64,000 nucleotides of DNA, taken from Phoronis australis (lineage: Eukaryota; Animalia; Phoronida). A program made the position numbers and the translations under genes. Location of the stretch: contig NMRA01000273.1 in NCBI GenBank assembly GCA_002633005.1, forward strand, positions 129,555-193,554. Direction: 5' to 3'. This document shows, piece by piece, positions 24,980-38,000 of the stretch. How positions within the stretch are numbered: position 1 is the stretch's first letter; the number at the start of each line of letters is the position of its first letter. The notes under the pieces are model-generated. The model worked only from the letters and a program-made list of their open reading frames with translations. It was not told the origin of the DNA and did not search any database.

Positions 24980-26763
24980 GTTGACTGACTCGTTAATAAA
25001 CGGAAACGATGACTGAACTTATCACAACTGAGGTAAAACAATGATTGACTCCATAGCTCACACAGTCAGACTATATGACAACAAAATGGCAGGAAATTTT
25101 TAACCCCCTAAACGTCACCTCCGGAGTAAGGCATGACTAATTGATAAAATTACGGGAAGCCGTTATTAACTGAAAAAATGTATCTGGGATAATCAAGGAT
25201 TTTTTTTTCTGAAAATGACATGCAAAAAGGTTGCCTTTTCCTTTAACCATTCTTGCCATTCAATTATGTTTTTGTTCAGATGAAGCTAAAATGTTGTTTC
25301 TGCATTTCCAGATACAGACCGCCCTTAGTTCATCGGGGGTTCCCAATAATTCTTATTTACATTATCTCTGAAAAGTCAACTTTTGATCTGTTTCAATTGC
25401 GCTTCTGATGAATTCAGCGGTTTCAGGGAATGAAATCTGCCATTTGTTTCCTCTGTATATTTGTATTGCATAATTTTGAAGAAATTCTCTTTTCTTTACT
25501 TTTCAATGGTTTAGTTGAACAATCAGATCCACATGAACTGCACAGTAAACTTGAGCTTTCTTATTGGGTTCACACTTTGTCATCGTTATCGCGCAGTTAT
25601 ACAGATGAGGTCAACACTGCAGTTTTGTAACTAAAGTGTATATTTAATAAGGAATGGAATATCTATCAAAATAACACTCAAATAATAAAAATTAACTCAA
25701 TTTAAGTGACTGTCACCGCTCATAAATGTGAAAAAATGTGACCTTAGCATTTATTGCTGACAGTGGTGCGTGATAGCAAACACAATTAAATAATTCAGCA
25801 TTTGACATCATGACAAATCGTTAATCTGTTGGAAGGTGTGACGTAACTTCACCAACACTAAACAGCAGAACAGGAATTCGCATTTCTTTTACCCAGGGCT
25901 CATTTCCTGTGAGGCAACAGTTGATAGATGAATAAAAATAAATCAGAAGAATCTTCTCAGCCTAGATACGGATTGTTTTCTTCATTTCACTTCATCATCT
26001 ATCTTTTCATACCTGGATATTGCATAATCACTAGGCAACCATCCACATATCTCTCATGCTTTGGTTCCTTATGTAAGTGAACCTCATAGCTGAATGTTAT
26101 ACAACAGGCACCTGCAAAAACCTGCCGTCCAATTATTTTGTGCGTGTGCGTGTAGTCAATCTGCGGAATATTTACGCACAGAAAATCGTGTGATTTTGCT
26201 TACACCTTTGACTGCTAATGAACATATTGCACTTTCTGTGAACCCACTGTCGTCACTATCAAATTAATCTTCCGTGGGCTTTAAGCTTTGATGAATTATT
26301 TTTACCTAACATGGTATGTTGTTTCATGAGGCAGGTCCATATAGCTGCAATACATTGGCTCTGATTTGTTCGGGGGCCTTAAGTTTGGCTGATGCTAAAT
26401 GTAGATTCATCAATGAGAAGTAAACATAGGTTTTCAGTGGCTGAAGCACTTACCAATTTGACCGGGTAATTTTCACCAGCATTAGGTTTCCTCACCTCCA
26501 AATTTCTTTCAAAGTGTTCATTCCCTGCAATGAATTGATTACACAAAGTTAAACAAAGGTAAAATTTTGATTTCTCATTAAGGAAACTCCAGCCTATCAA
26601 AACACCATCGCATTCCCTTTCCTACTGACTACGCTCCACTTGAGCAACATGGGAGTAAAGCTAGTTCTCTGGATTAAACACCAGATGGCATAGTTAAGTG
26701 TGATTGTATTACACGGTCAACCTGTAACAATTACTCCCGCTAGACTGGATTTAACCTTTTCCA

Positions 26764-26822
26764 TTGCAGCAGAGTTGCACAACTCCATAGTTTAATCTGC
26801 CTCTTTTAAGAGGAGTTGCAAT
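26764..26822. repeat. Short interspersed repeat, also at 57611-57669
   Basis: GAGTTG.ACAACTCC..AGTTTAATC..CC...T.T.AGA.GGAGTTGCAA in both copies, with an internal inverted CAACTCC/GGAGTTG. Confidence 0.6.
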
Positions 26823-29800
26823 ATTTTTTTAAGTCTTCAAGTTGTGCTTTCCCACTGATCGAAACTCCTCAAAACAGAATAGTGGTGATGTTGGTTGGAA
26901 AGTGTCTTCTATTCCTCGCACTTGTATGTAATTTGAAGTACCGGTAAGCGGTAACAGAGGTGCGTGCACTTTTGGACTACAGTAATACCACGTACACACG
27001 TTCACAAACTGGCTGAAACGCTGGTGTTTTCGATAGCACTCCATTTATTGTAGTGAACAATTTTAAGGGTCACTTTTGCTCCCAGATGAAGTTATTCCAA
27101 ACTTGCTGTCGTTTTCCGCCTAGCACTGCTGTAGCCAGAGCTCTAACCGGGTATTTCAAACGACCCTTGTTCACATGGCATAGAGGTGTTTGTGCAGGCC
27201 TTTCTTTACCTGTGTGTTAATCGATCACTTCAGTAAGTGCGCTATTACGTCCAAGTTTGGCTGTAAGAAAAACATCCAAATTTAGTATGTAGGAACTTCA
27301 TTTCACAGAAAGGGCTGGTAAGATTCGTATGAAACTGTCTCCCTAGTTTGGAACTGCATACACTTGAAAGCCATGTCTATTCAGGTCAAGCTGACCCTGT
27401 AGTCAAGTGCGTTCAATTTGTATAGGGCTACCGTCGGTGATTGTCAATGCTACGTTTATACGACCCCTGGAACATATTGTCCAAATTTGTTGTAGATTTG
27501 TATCTTGTATAAAAATCTAAATTATTCTACTAAAGACAAATCTTGAAATTAATTTTCATTTGCCAAAATTTCGTTTTGGGGCATCATATAGCCTGCCAAA
27601 GTTTCTTATTTACTGGGTCATTCACAGTATTGTTAGCCAACTTTGACGTTGCTCTCTCATGAAGCGAGTTGATCAACCTAATGCCATACGGATAAAATGG
27701 GCCATTCACACAGTTTCGTGTGACGCTGCCACGCCCATTAGTATCTTCTGAACGGCGTAAACAACCCCAGTAATTGGTTTTCAAAAATGCAATGAAAAGT
27801 CTTTTTTTAATTGTGGCACAGAATGGAAGTCCATGACCGATTGATCTTTGTAAACATCATTTCCAACGACTAGAGTGTGGAAGTAGATCATAGTATGCAA
27901 TGACACAACTTAGACGCAAGGACAAACACAAATTTAGGATTGCTTCACATTTGAAAACACACCTAAATAGTTATAATAATAAACTGAGAAGTAAAATGAC
28001 TGGTAGAAATAGTGGCGTGTACATAGTGACTAGTTTGAGGGTTCCTCCCATCACAGAGTTGCTGCATGGATGGGTGGGCCAGGAAAATGGCCAGCAGGCC
28101 ACACAAAGGCAAAGCAAGATGAGAATGAGAGTTAATTCATTGAGATAAAGTAATTTATTATACACAACAGAGAGAAACACAAATGCAAGCAGCTAGTGGT
28201 AAAAGTCTCTGGCAAGTATTGCAGTATTTTGTACTGGGCATGATGGCCACTACATGTTTACCTAATAGTTTGCCATTTGAGTGGTTAACTCAAGTTTGGT
28301 GGACTTTTTCACCACACCCCAGTGCTTAAATGACAGGTAATTATGCTTTGCTTGGAAAGTCATGTTTGCCTTTGCTTATGGGCCTTTGTCTTAGTGCTGG
28401 CTGGCCTTTTTTCCTTTAAATCAGTGTCCTCCTGTTTTGCCATGAGACGGGGTAGGAATCAGAATCAACTATGCTTATATCTCGTGTTATTTTAGGCTCT
28501 CACTGAAGTTGCGAAAGCCCATCAGTGTGTCCAACTAAAATTTTATTGTTAGCTGATTTGTATTTCTGTGAACGATTGGTTCAACTAGAGGCATTTTTCT
28601 GTTTTCATTACAACTTACGAAGCTACTCAATCCTTTAACCTGGCCATGGTATTTTCACTAAGTGTTGTTTTTTGTGGGTGGCCCACCAAGCAGTTTAAAA
28701 TTGTGTCAATCAGCAGCTGAACTCTATGAATATATGACATGGTGATCACTGCTTTGAGTTTAACCTTACTAGTTTGGACATTTATAGTTATGATGGTTAT
28801 TAGTATCAACATCATGATTATTATTGTTATTATAGTGATTATCTTATGTAGCTGGGTTGTTGTTTATCAGTAGGCAGACAGTCTCTTATTTTGGAAGATT
28901 GTCATTTTAGGTCAACCAAGAAAACTGTTAAAGGAATACTTTACCACTTTCAAGTCTTCTACGAGGTCTGCACTATGTAAAAATAAGCACCTTGAGCCCC
29001 AACTGCAAAACCAGTGAATTATTTATTCATCAATCTCAAAAACACCTTTAGGATTTTTGATATAATTCCTAGTTTTGCGTAATGTAACTAGGACGAATAA
29101 GCACTGCTATTTTTTAAAAAATATCTTACCTTTTGTGAGTTGATTTGTCATGAAAATCAAACTAAAAGATATAAAACTTAGTTTTTCCATAACATAACAA
29201 ATGTGACTGCTGTTGGTACAAAAATGCCTTATGTGTTGTGAGTAGATTTGTCGTATAAATCACACTAAAGGAATAATTTTTGAGGTAACTGGTGAAACTT
29301 TCATTTAAAAAAGTTTTCCTTAAAATCTTATGAGTGGTTATTTTGGATTAATGTCCCTTTCTTAAAAATGAAATTGAATTAAAAAGATGTTAATGTGATA
29401 CTAATAATTTCACATAAATATAAAATATATTTTTATAATGCCTGGTCTTTTTTCTTTCAGAAAACATATACTTTTAGTAGTTGAAATCTCCTGTTTTTAT
29501 ATAGGAGTTAGAATAGAGACCACAAAATAAGAATTGAGATAACATTAAAAGTCAAGTTTTATCTTTGAATTGAGCTCTGCTCTGATTCATCTCTGGTGGT
29601 CATCACCCGAGGTCACCGTGGTGTCAAATTTATATGTCAAATTCGTGGCAGCAAAGACATGTTCGAAAGTTGCGTTAGGGTCAGACTTTTCCAGCCCATC
29701 AAAGCGACTGTTCAAGATGAAATGTCCTCTAACTCAGAGATTGGAGCTGTGTTGTTAAGGGCTTGTAGGTTGCGTAATTTCTCACTTTCTTCTCCTACCA

Positions 29801-30419
29801 TTCTGTCCTGGCTGCTAATCATATAAGGGAATACTCCATTTTCAATCAAAAAATAGTCGTTGCCAGAGCATTTGTGTAAGTACTCAGAGTACGTAAGCTA
29901 TTTACCTGAAGACGAACCCTCACACACATTGCACAACCTTCTTATCGATGCCAAAATGATGTCAGATCTAAGTTTAGAATCAGTGATACCTGAGAACCAC
30001 TTGCTGTATCAGGAAGAGATTGCTTCACTGCTTAATTACAATTTGGAATAAACTTGTTTTTGCGGTAAAATTTTCATTGAAAGTTGCTCAAATGTAAAAG
30101 GTACATGACATTTCAGAGGATAGGTAGATATTTTCTTAAAATGACTTGTATCTCTCAAGGCCCTTTCATTATGACTTAATTCCGCTCTCTGCGAAGAGTC
30201 GACGAAAACTACGAAATTTAAAGAACTGTTCATACCAGCTTCGGTAGTTAACGGACATTGAAGTAAAGATAAGTGACGCTGTTGTCATCGAAGTAATCAC
30301 AAGGTGGTGCTGTTGCATCACATGCACAATAAGATTTTTTTAATGTTACAATTTAGAAATATTTGCATGTGTTTATTGTCATAAACTTATCTTTTCTAAT
30401 TCGATCGACTTCAGGCAAA

Positions 30420-30862
30420 ATATAGGTAACTATTAGCCATGACACTGCCCTTTAACATATAGGTAACTATTAGCCATGACACTGCCCTTTAACATATAGG
30501 TAACTATTAGCCATGACACTGCCCTTTAACATATAGGTAACTATTAGCCATGACACTGCCCTTTAACATATAGGTAACTATTAGCCATGACACTGCCCTT
30601 TAACATATAGGTAACTATTAGCCATGACACTGCCCTTTAACATATAGGTAACTATTAGCCATGACACTGCCCTTTAACATATAGGTAACTATTAGCCATG
30701 ACACTGCCCTTTAACATATAGGTAACTATTAGCCATGACACTGCCCTTTAACATATAGGTAACTATTAGCCATGACACTGCCCTTTAACATATAGGTAAC
30801 TATTAGCCATGACACTGCCCTTTAACATATAGGTAACTATTAGCCATGACACTGCCCTTTAA
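30420..30862. repeat. 37-bp minisatellite (CATATAGGTAACTATTAGCCATGACACTGCCCTTTAA)x12
   Basis: Identical head-to-tail units with no spacers. Each unit ends in CCCT-TTAA. Confidence 0.97.
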
Positions 30863-31078
30863 TTGTTGACGATAACAGTGACCCCTGGCAGTAACTTCAG
30901 TGGGGCCGAAGTTGAACGTTCCTACTGCACTGCAGCATCGATGCACAGCTACTAAATCCACCTATTTTCTGCGAAGTTAACTGGTGCTAAACTTCAATCT
31001 AGGACCGAAGTTAACTGTTCATACTGACCACAACTCCCCAAACCATCAACGCGTCGACGTTAGTGTGAAAGAGCCTTC
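30863..31078. mobile_element. Partial Harbinger-like MITE (right end)
   Basis: Ends in AGTGTGAAAGAGCCT, with repeated CGAAGTT motifs inside. The left end is not seen. Confidence 0.35.
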
Positions 31079-34000
31079 ATTCATAACTTTGTATTAAGCT
31101 GCAAATAGGCTTACCTGTTAATAGGTATTTAAAAATAATTTTGGGATTGCCAACAAAATAAAATGCGTAAAGGGAAAAGCAACCATTCTTGCTAGGTCAT
31201 TTACATTACTTTCTAGTGTTGCATGAATAACAGTATTTATAGGCCAGGCGAACCATACTTGTGGTAAAAATTCTCCAGTCGAGGACCGTGAACAATTAAT
31301 TATTTTGCTCGAGGTTAGGTCCTGCACCAAATGTTAGAAATAGGCAATATTAGCCGTCCCAAATACAAGAATTACGATCAATGACAACCGTCCATGTGTA
31401 TTATGAGGAAACATAAAAAACATTGGGTCTGTGGCTGTTTTTGATGATTTTCTGAACTGCCAAGTCTATTTTCAGGCCATGCTGATACAAACTGCAATGT
31501 CCTAAATTTCGATGAACACTAAAATCAACCATGTTCCAAATTTCAGAATCAAGAAAATTCAAATTTTGCTTGAATTGCCATGTCCCAAATTTTAGAAACT
31601 GTCCAGACAGAAGTTTTAGGGTAATGTGATAAAATACCCTCTTCGAGATTCATGGATCTGTATTTTGGGAAAGGTAACCTCTTGAAAAATGTTTTGCCTG
31701 GCATTTTGTTGATGCAAAGAGATGAATCTGTTTAGACAGCAACTTGACTTGGTGTGAATTGACATGGTATGCCATGCTTGCCTGCAAGAGTATCTTGCCC
31801 CCATACTGCCATAGAAACTGTGGCTACTGATTTAGAAAAGTGCCATCCTAAAGAGATGTCGCATGGTAATGCTTGCATCCTGGGAGGACACAATGTTGGG
31901 GTCAATAAGTGGAATTTTATTTTGTGAAAGTTCCCAACTAAGATAAAAAATGTACTTTATGTTTCATTCAGTTCATGAATTGTTAATTTTGGTTATTTGC
32001 CATAAAATAAACAGCTTAAGAAACATGGATTAGTAAAAAAGTGTTGTATTTAGTGATGTTTCACAAGGTCAGGTGAGGTCATGGACTCCTCCCTCAGACA
32101 GCCAATTGTCTGCTGAAGGTGATTGACTAGCTCTTGTACTGCCTCAAAAACAGGTGAAAAGTGACACTATAGTGTTGATTTGCATGATATCAAATTCTGT
32201 TTATACAGATACCTGTGTCATGTTTGTTTGCTTTGCACTGTGTCAGAGGTAGCCTGAAAGTCCCATAATTAGTACCTTGTATGTGTCTGTCCATATGTCA
32301 GATCAGGGGGCTCCTTCAGACAAGATGCATTACTATCACCAAGTACCTAGATGGAGTTTTTCAATGTACCACTTTAACTTACTTAACAAGGGTGTCTTTT
32401 CCAATTTATGTGAGAATAGCGCCTAGGGAGTTATCACCAGAATTGCAAGATTGATGTTTCAAAGACAATATTCTGCGAAAGAGAAACTTTTTCCTAAATA
32501 ATCATGGGCGGCGCACCATAGGGGACTATTTTCAGTGCTACGCCGCACGTGGTCTATAGGCGGTGTTCCACAGGGGGGCTGAGGGGGCTTTAGCCCTCCA
32601 TTTTTTTCAGTACTGCACCGCTCATGATAATGATAGGTCTCTTTCGGTGTTCACTTTCTGAAGTATGGTTATTATAATTTTCCAGCTGTATCCCTCTTCC
32701 TGTCAAAAATAGCGACTTGGTGGAACCAGTTGAAACTTGGTGCACACGTGTCTTTTTCATGTTCACCACTGCATCACAGACTCGTAAAGTACGTTAAGTA
32801 TTTCAATCTTATTTTTCAGCAGATGATTTTATTGCTGCCTGATCTTGCCTAGCCACTATTAGCCTCCTTGTGCCACATTCCATCTTGAAGCTAATGACAA
32901 CGCCTGGCAAAAAATGATGTAACCATTGATTTACACTCTCATCAAATCCTCACAACCGATCTGATGGGAAAAACATCAATGACTGAACTTGGAACTTGGA
33001 ATTTCATAAAGCACAAGACATGATAAATCCGGGTAATTGGGTTTGATATTGATGAAGATTTTAGTGTTTATGCGTTTGCCAGTGGTTCTTAGAGTTTTCT
33101 TTGGTGATGTAGATGGCTGGAGGGCCTTTAATTAGTAGTATTGTGTATATACCTGATGTGGGTTTATTTATCATATCATACTGAGGAAGCGATTAGAGAT
33201 TATGTCACTATTGTGGTATCTCATCAATTTGCCGTTGTTTTCGTTGACCTTAATTTTTGCTTTAGATCTAGACTGTATTTCAACTAAATGTGTCGCCCAC
33301 GTTATTCTAAAGTTCTCAAGAGAAGCATAATTATGTTAACAAGAACATTTGAGCTAACAGCCTGAATTTCACAAAACTTGCCAACAGTATGACTTCCTAT
33401 GCATGACCTTTTCCTTGTTTTTTGCCCTTGCTGCTCTGATAACTTCCTGATTGGTGGTTTTGACACCACCAATTGCTTCTGGTGGTTGACTCACTGCTTA
33501 GGATCTGGTTTCCTGAATGAGTGCTGTAAACAAACTTTGGACGTAGGTAACTATTCCCTTATTTCACACTAAACAATTGGGACGATTTTTTTTTCTTTAC
33601 CATCCTGAAAACCAATGTTCTTCCTGTGGTGCCAATAGTACAAGTGGTGGCGATCAGGGAGGGTAGCGAGATGTCGTGGGTACCCATTGCCTTGCTCGCC
33701 CAGGTATTCCATACCTCTGGGTATACGCAAAAGCATTCTCTATATCCTTAAGGTTATGTTGGACCCTCTGAAATGCCCAAGTTTGGCAAATTGTGGAACA
33801 TCATATCTGATGGCTGATGGATTCATATGAAAATTCCAGATGCTATGCTTTGTTCACTGTTTTCCGTGCTGTTAGGTATTGTTTTGGAGGTATCAAAAAC
33901 GAGGCTTTCATTATTTCTATGAACAAATTTAATGTTACATAAAATGAAAATGAAATGACGTTTGAGATAAAAGTATTTTTGAGACCTCACCGTAACATTT

Positions 34001-34980
34001 ACATCAAATAAAATTTGTTCATGATATTGATAGTGCTGTTCTTTTTTGCTGAATTTTACCAAAACTACATGGTCGTGTGACCCAATCATTAAGAATATTT
34101 TGGAAGAAAGTCAAAAATCAAATTTTGAAGGCTTCCTGCTTTTGAAAATATTTGATTTTATTGATTAAAATCTATAATTTCGTTGATATTTGGCTCAATA
34201 TCCAGTCATGAAGGTTCTACATAACCTTGGTGCTGTGGCTACATTTGCCACCACAGGCTGAAGTGGACAGTTTCCTGGGCTACCCACAATTCCCACTGGC
34301 ACCATCCGTTCCTTCCTGGATTCTGTCAGATAGCCATGGTAATGGTCATTTCCTGAGGCACACCAGTGGGCAGTCAACTGGCATGGGGGAAATTCCCTCA
34401 ACTTTCCTGCTGCCACTCTAGATAACATGTATGGATGAATCACTTGCTTGGTCACCAGTCTGACCAGATGGTGACCATTGAAATAAGTATCACTCAGCAA
34501 AGCACATCCTCCTGGTGGATGGTGCAAGTTAGTACCAATTATAAATAAGAATAATTAAGAATTGATGTGTGGTTGACCACTGCTAATGGAAGACAACTTT
34601 GCACATTTCTTTAAATGATCTCTGATATCTTTTGACAAGGGCACGCTGTGGTCTCAAGGCCCTTTGTAATGCAAGAGTGGCTATTACATATATCTAAACA
34701 AATGGGTCCCTTTTGATCATGCTTGCTGCCTAAAAGGGTGGGTGTCTTTAGTAACTTCTCAGTGGGCATCCCCCGTAAAAAACAGTGGAGTGTCCCTTTT
34801 TCCTAGGCATATTCAATAGTCCTTTTTAATATTTTTTCTTGATTCATAATTTCAGTTTTATTGTGGAATGTATGATAAAATCTCATCAATTTCGGACAAA
34901 AACTTGGTAGAATTGCACTTTTCATTTTTATTAACTGCCCTCTAATACATTGTCCTATGCCTGCTAAGGTAGATAACTTG

Positions 34981-35090
34981 GGTACTGGTCTGATAAAACG
35001 TGCCCGTAGTTTGAGAACCAGTTTGATGCCCGTTATTCAGTGGAGAAAACTGCTTCTCAAAATTCGGGCATGTTATATCAGACCATTACC
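34981..35090. mobile_element. 110-bp hairpin MITE with a perfect 9-bp TSD (Mutator-like)
   Basis: GATAACTTG at 34972-34980 and 35091-35099. Arms GGTACTGGTCTGATAAAACGTGCCCG.. and ..CGGGCATGTTATATCAGACCATTACC form an imperfect inverted repeat of ~45 bp. Confidence 0.85.
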
Positions 35091-38000
35091 GATAACTTGT
35101 ACATGGTAAAAGCATTGCTTTGATGTTACCCGAATGTTCTGAAGACAGGTCCACAAGGTGTTTACTGAAAAATTTTCTACAGATGCATCCGGGGTGTACT
35201 TTCCGTAGTTTCATAAGACGAAGCTGACAACAATACCGTAACAAAAAATTGAAGCCGTAAACTCCTTTCTATGAGTACTTCGTTGGTTTCAATTTACACG
35301 TCGCCTACCGACGGTGATTATATTTGTCACTTGAATTTTCATTCCTAAACGGATATTTGTGAATGTACACTCAGAGCTTTTTTGCAGGCAGAAAACTCCT
35401 GCACTTATCAGTTATGAAAAATAAGAAAATGAAATATCACTTGTCTGTCATTCTGTGTTCTAGATTAATGAGATTTTATTGTACTTTTTTATTATAAGTG
35501 CAAGGGATGTAAAAAGTAGACGCTTAATGTCATAATTTCTTTTCCATCCTCCAGTATTTGTGCTGTTGACTCAAGTTGCCTTTAACTGCCGTAAAACCTG
35601 GTCAGTTGAACGCTTCTGACACTCTAATATCTGGGTTGGACACTGATGAACCAAGCGTCAAAATATTGACTTTAATTCATGGATGCTTGGCTTGAAAGGT
35701 TTGAACTGGTTGCTTGGTGATGGATAGCCATTCATATCCCATGAACTTGTCAGGGCTCAAACAATTTATTATACAGAGTTATTACACATGCAATGATGAG
35801 TGGGTTTATAGTACGCAGCACGCACCCACCCGTGCCTTGAACTTTTAGTTTGCACTAAAGCCGTTTTTAGCGATTGGGTCAAGTTGAGGCCAGAAAAATG
35901 TCCAGCTGTCTGTGTATGACTATGGTGTGAAAACTGTCTTTGATACTTTGACGAGAAAGATTGATTAACATAATTAGAACAGGCCTAACTCAGTTTCTGT
36001 TTCACATGATTATCATGATGAACGACTCAAATCTGATGCCTGTGCCCAGTTGCACGAAACAGTCCCAAATGGGGACTGAGCTAAATTCCCTAAATCTATT
36101 TCGTATTTGAGGACTTGTGAAAACACCAATTTTCCTTTCTTATGCTGTTCTAGTTTCACTACTTTGTCAGTTTTAGGCTTTGATACAAATCGAAAGTGAC
36201 CTCTACGTTGAATTCTCAATATTATCATTGAAAGTAAATAGGGATCTTTTAATACCCTGGTTTCAGGACAAAGTCTCTTTATTTTCACTGAATTCATGGC
36301 TTAGTTTTTAGACAGTTATATTATTGGAAAAATTCATTAGTTAAAGAGGATCTCAGAATGAAGATGAAGTTGTAGAAAAAGATTGCGTCTGTGAGTGAAG
36401 AAAGACACAAATATGCAAGAAATTTAGGGTCCTTAGTGGAGTCCCTATTTATGGCTGTTTCTTGCAACCGGCACTGAACTCACGGAAAGTAATTTTCATG
36501 ATAGTTTCCCATATGCTATTTTTGTTTCACATTTTCAGATAAGTTGTCGATGGCTTGTATAACCTGGCTGGCTTATAAGCAAAATGGTGGTCACTGAGAA
36601 GTGTTTAATGCATGACTGTTTAATTGCACCAGTAAATGGTATGCAAGTACCCACATTTCTCATTCTTTGTCATCTCATTACTTTTCCTGAGTGCGGTAGT
36701 TCTTCGCCGTGCGCAGTGTGAGGGACAAGTGAAGTTTTGTTTCGTCAATTTTTACATACTTTACAAATGACAAGCTTTGGTTTAAATGTCCCTAGAAACT
36801 GGCTTTTTTGTCCCTTTGTTTTGCTATCGCCCTTACTGGAGTGTTTCCTTCAGTCAGTTATGGATGAAGCCAAGCAGCATTGCAGTAAACATTTCCTGAA
36901 TGTCTCAAGACTCCTTGCGGCACAAGAATTCCATCTGATAAATGGGTTGTGTGATGTCACAGGTGAACTCCGGGTGTTTTTTTTCTCTGTATCGCAGTAT
37001 CCCACAATAAATTCAAAATCTAGACCAGTGTAATACCTGAGTAACTGGTAATATTGGTACCTTAGGCAATACCAACTAATGAAACCAAACCCCCCCCCCT
37101 CCACTTCTCCCCTCCTCCCACAGTATCAATACTCTCCGCTTTCGTCACTTTCCGTCCCGTGCACATGTCCCAGATATCTACCTAATACAATGTTATGCAA
37201 ACTAACCGGGGACAATATCAAAGATGACAAAATGCCCACCTGAAGTGGTGGTGTGTCCTTACCACTCCTTTCCCTTTTTAGAACCTCTGGAGGTGAACAC
37301 TTTTCGACTTGATAAAAGCTCGATTTTTGCTCGTGTTTTTAATGAATCAATGAAACTCTTCTTCATTTCACCATGGGTACTATCCATAGACATGAGAAGA
37401 TTAGTAGTAGTATTGTTATAGATCATAGTCAACAACTTCACATCTTTGATATTTTCTTCTGGAATTCCCAGAGGGGGCGCCACTCTCTTTCAGTGCACAA
37501 CTCGGCAGACAACACACTTGCTGGAAGGAAAACATGCATAACATCAGGTTCCGCTTGTGAATAGTGGCTTGGTAGTGGTCATGGCTTGTGTGCAAGATTT
37601 GAGGTCTTGTGCACTGAGAATACACATTGGCAGTTACTGTATTGCAGTCTATGTTGTGCTTACAAAGCACTGGGAGATCTCATGAATACTGGTGGGATCT
37701 AACTTTCCTTGCAAGAAATTTACTCTATGATCTCATCCCAGGGCTACCTTGGTGCTACAAGAGCACAGGTGTTGTTTTGATTTCTAACATTGTTCTGTCT
37801 TTGCATATAAGGCCTGACCTTTAGCACTTTTTGTGAAGCATTTTCAATGTACTAGGGCCGACACAGAGAGTGTTCAGCAGTTTTTAACATTTCCACCAAT
37901 GAGCAAATGGCGAGGTAATTTTACTCACGAACAAAAATAGTTAACAAAATTACATAATTTTTGGTAAATGTTATCTATCAATTATAGGTGCAATCCAAGC

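Larger units (their letters stand above)
20161..25242 (-). mobile_element. Kolobok-type DNA transposon, internally deleted, carrying nested insertions
   Basis: TTAA at 20157-20160 and 25243-25246. Termini AGGAGAAGGCAACC / GGTTGCCTTTTCCT. Imperfect TIRs of ~165 bp (20161-20325 vs 25081-25242). THAP-type transposase relic on the minus strand. TTAA TSD, RR termini and THAP together are established Kolobok traits. Confidence 0.88.

Noticed and set aside
20161-25242. piggyBac assignment based on the TTAA TSD
   Set aside because: The termini are AG..CT rather than CC..GG, and the encoded relic is THAP-type, which fits Kolobok.
25400-25440. CTGATGA-ATTC..GAAT-GAAA hammerhead-like core
   Set aside because: No compatible stem I and stem III could be formed with the flanking sequence.
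29570-29826. Coding-like segment
   Set aside because: Only short frames on either strand and no recognisable motif.
30420-30862. 37-bp repeat of CRISPR-like length
   Set aside because: Units are contiguous with no spacers, there are no cas genes, and the context is eukaryotic.
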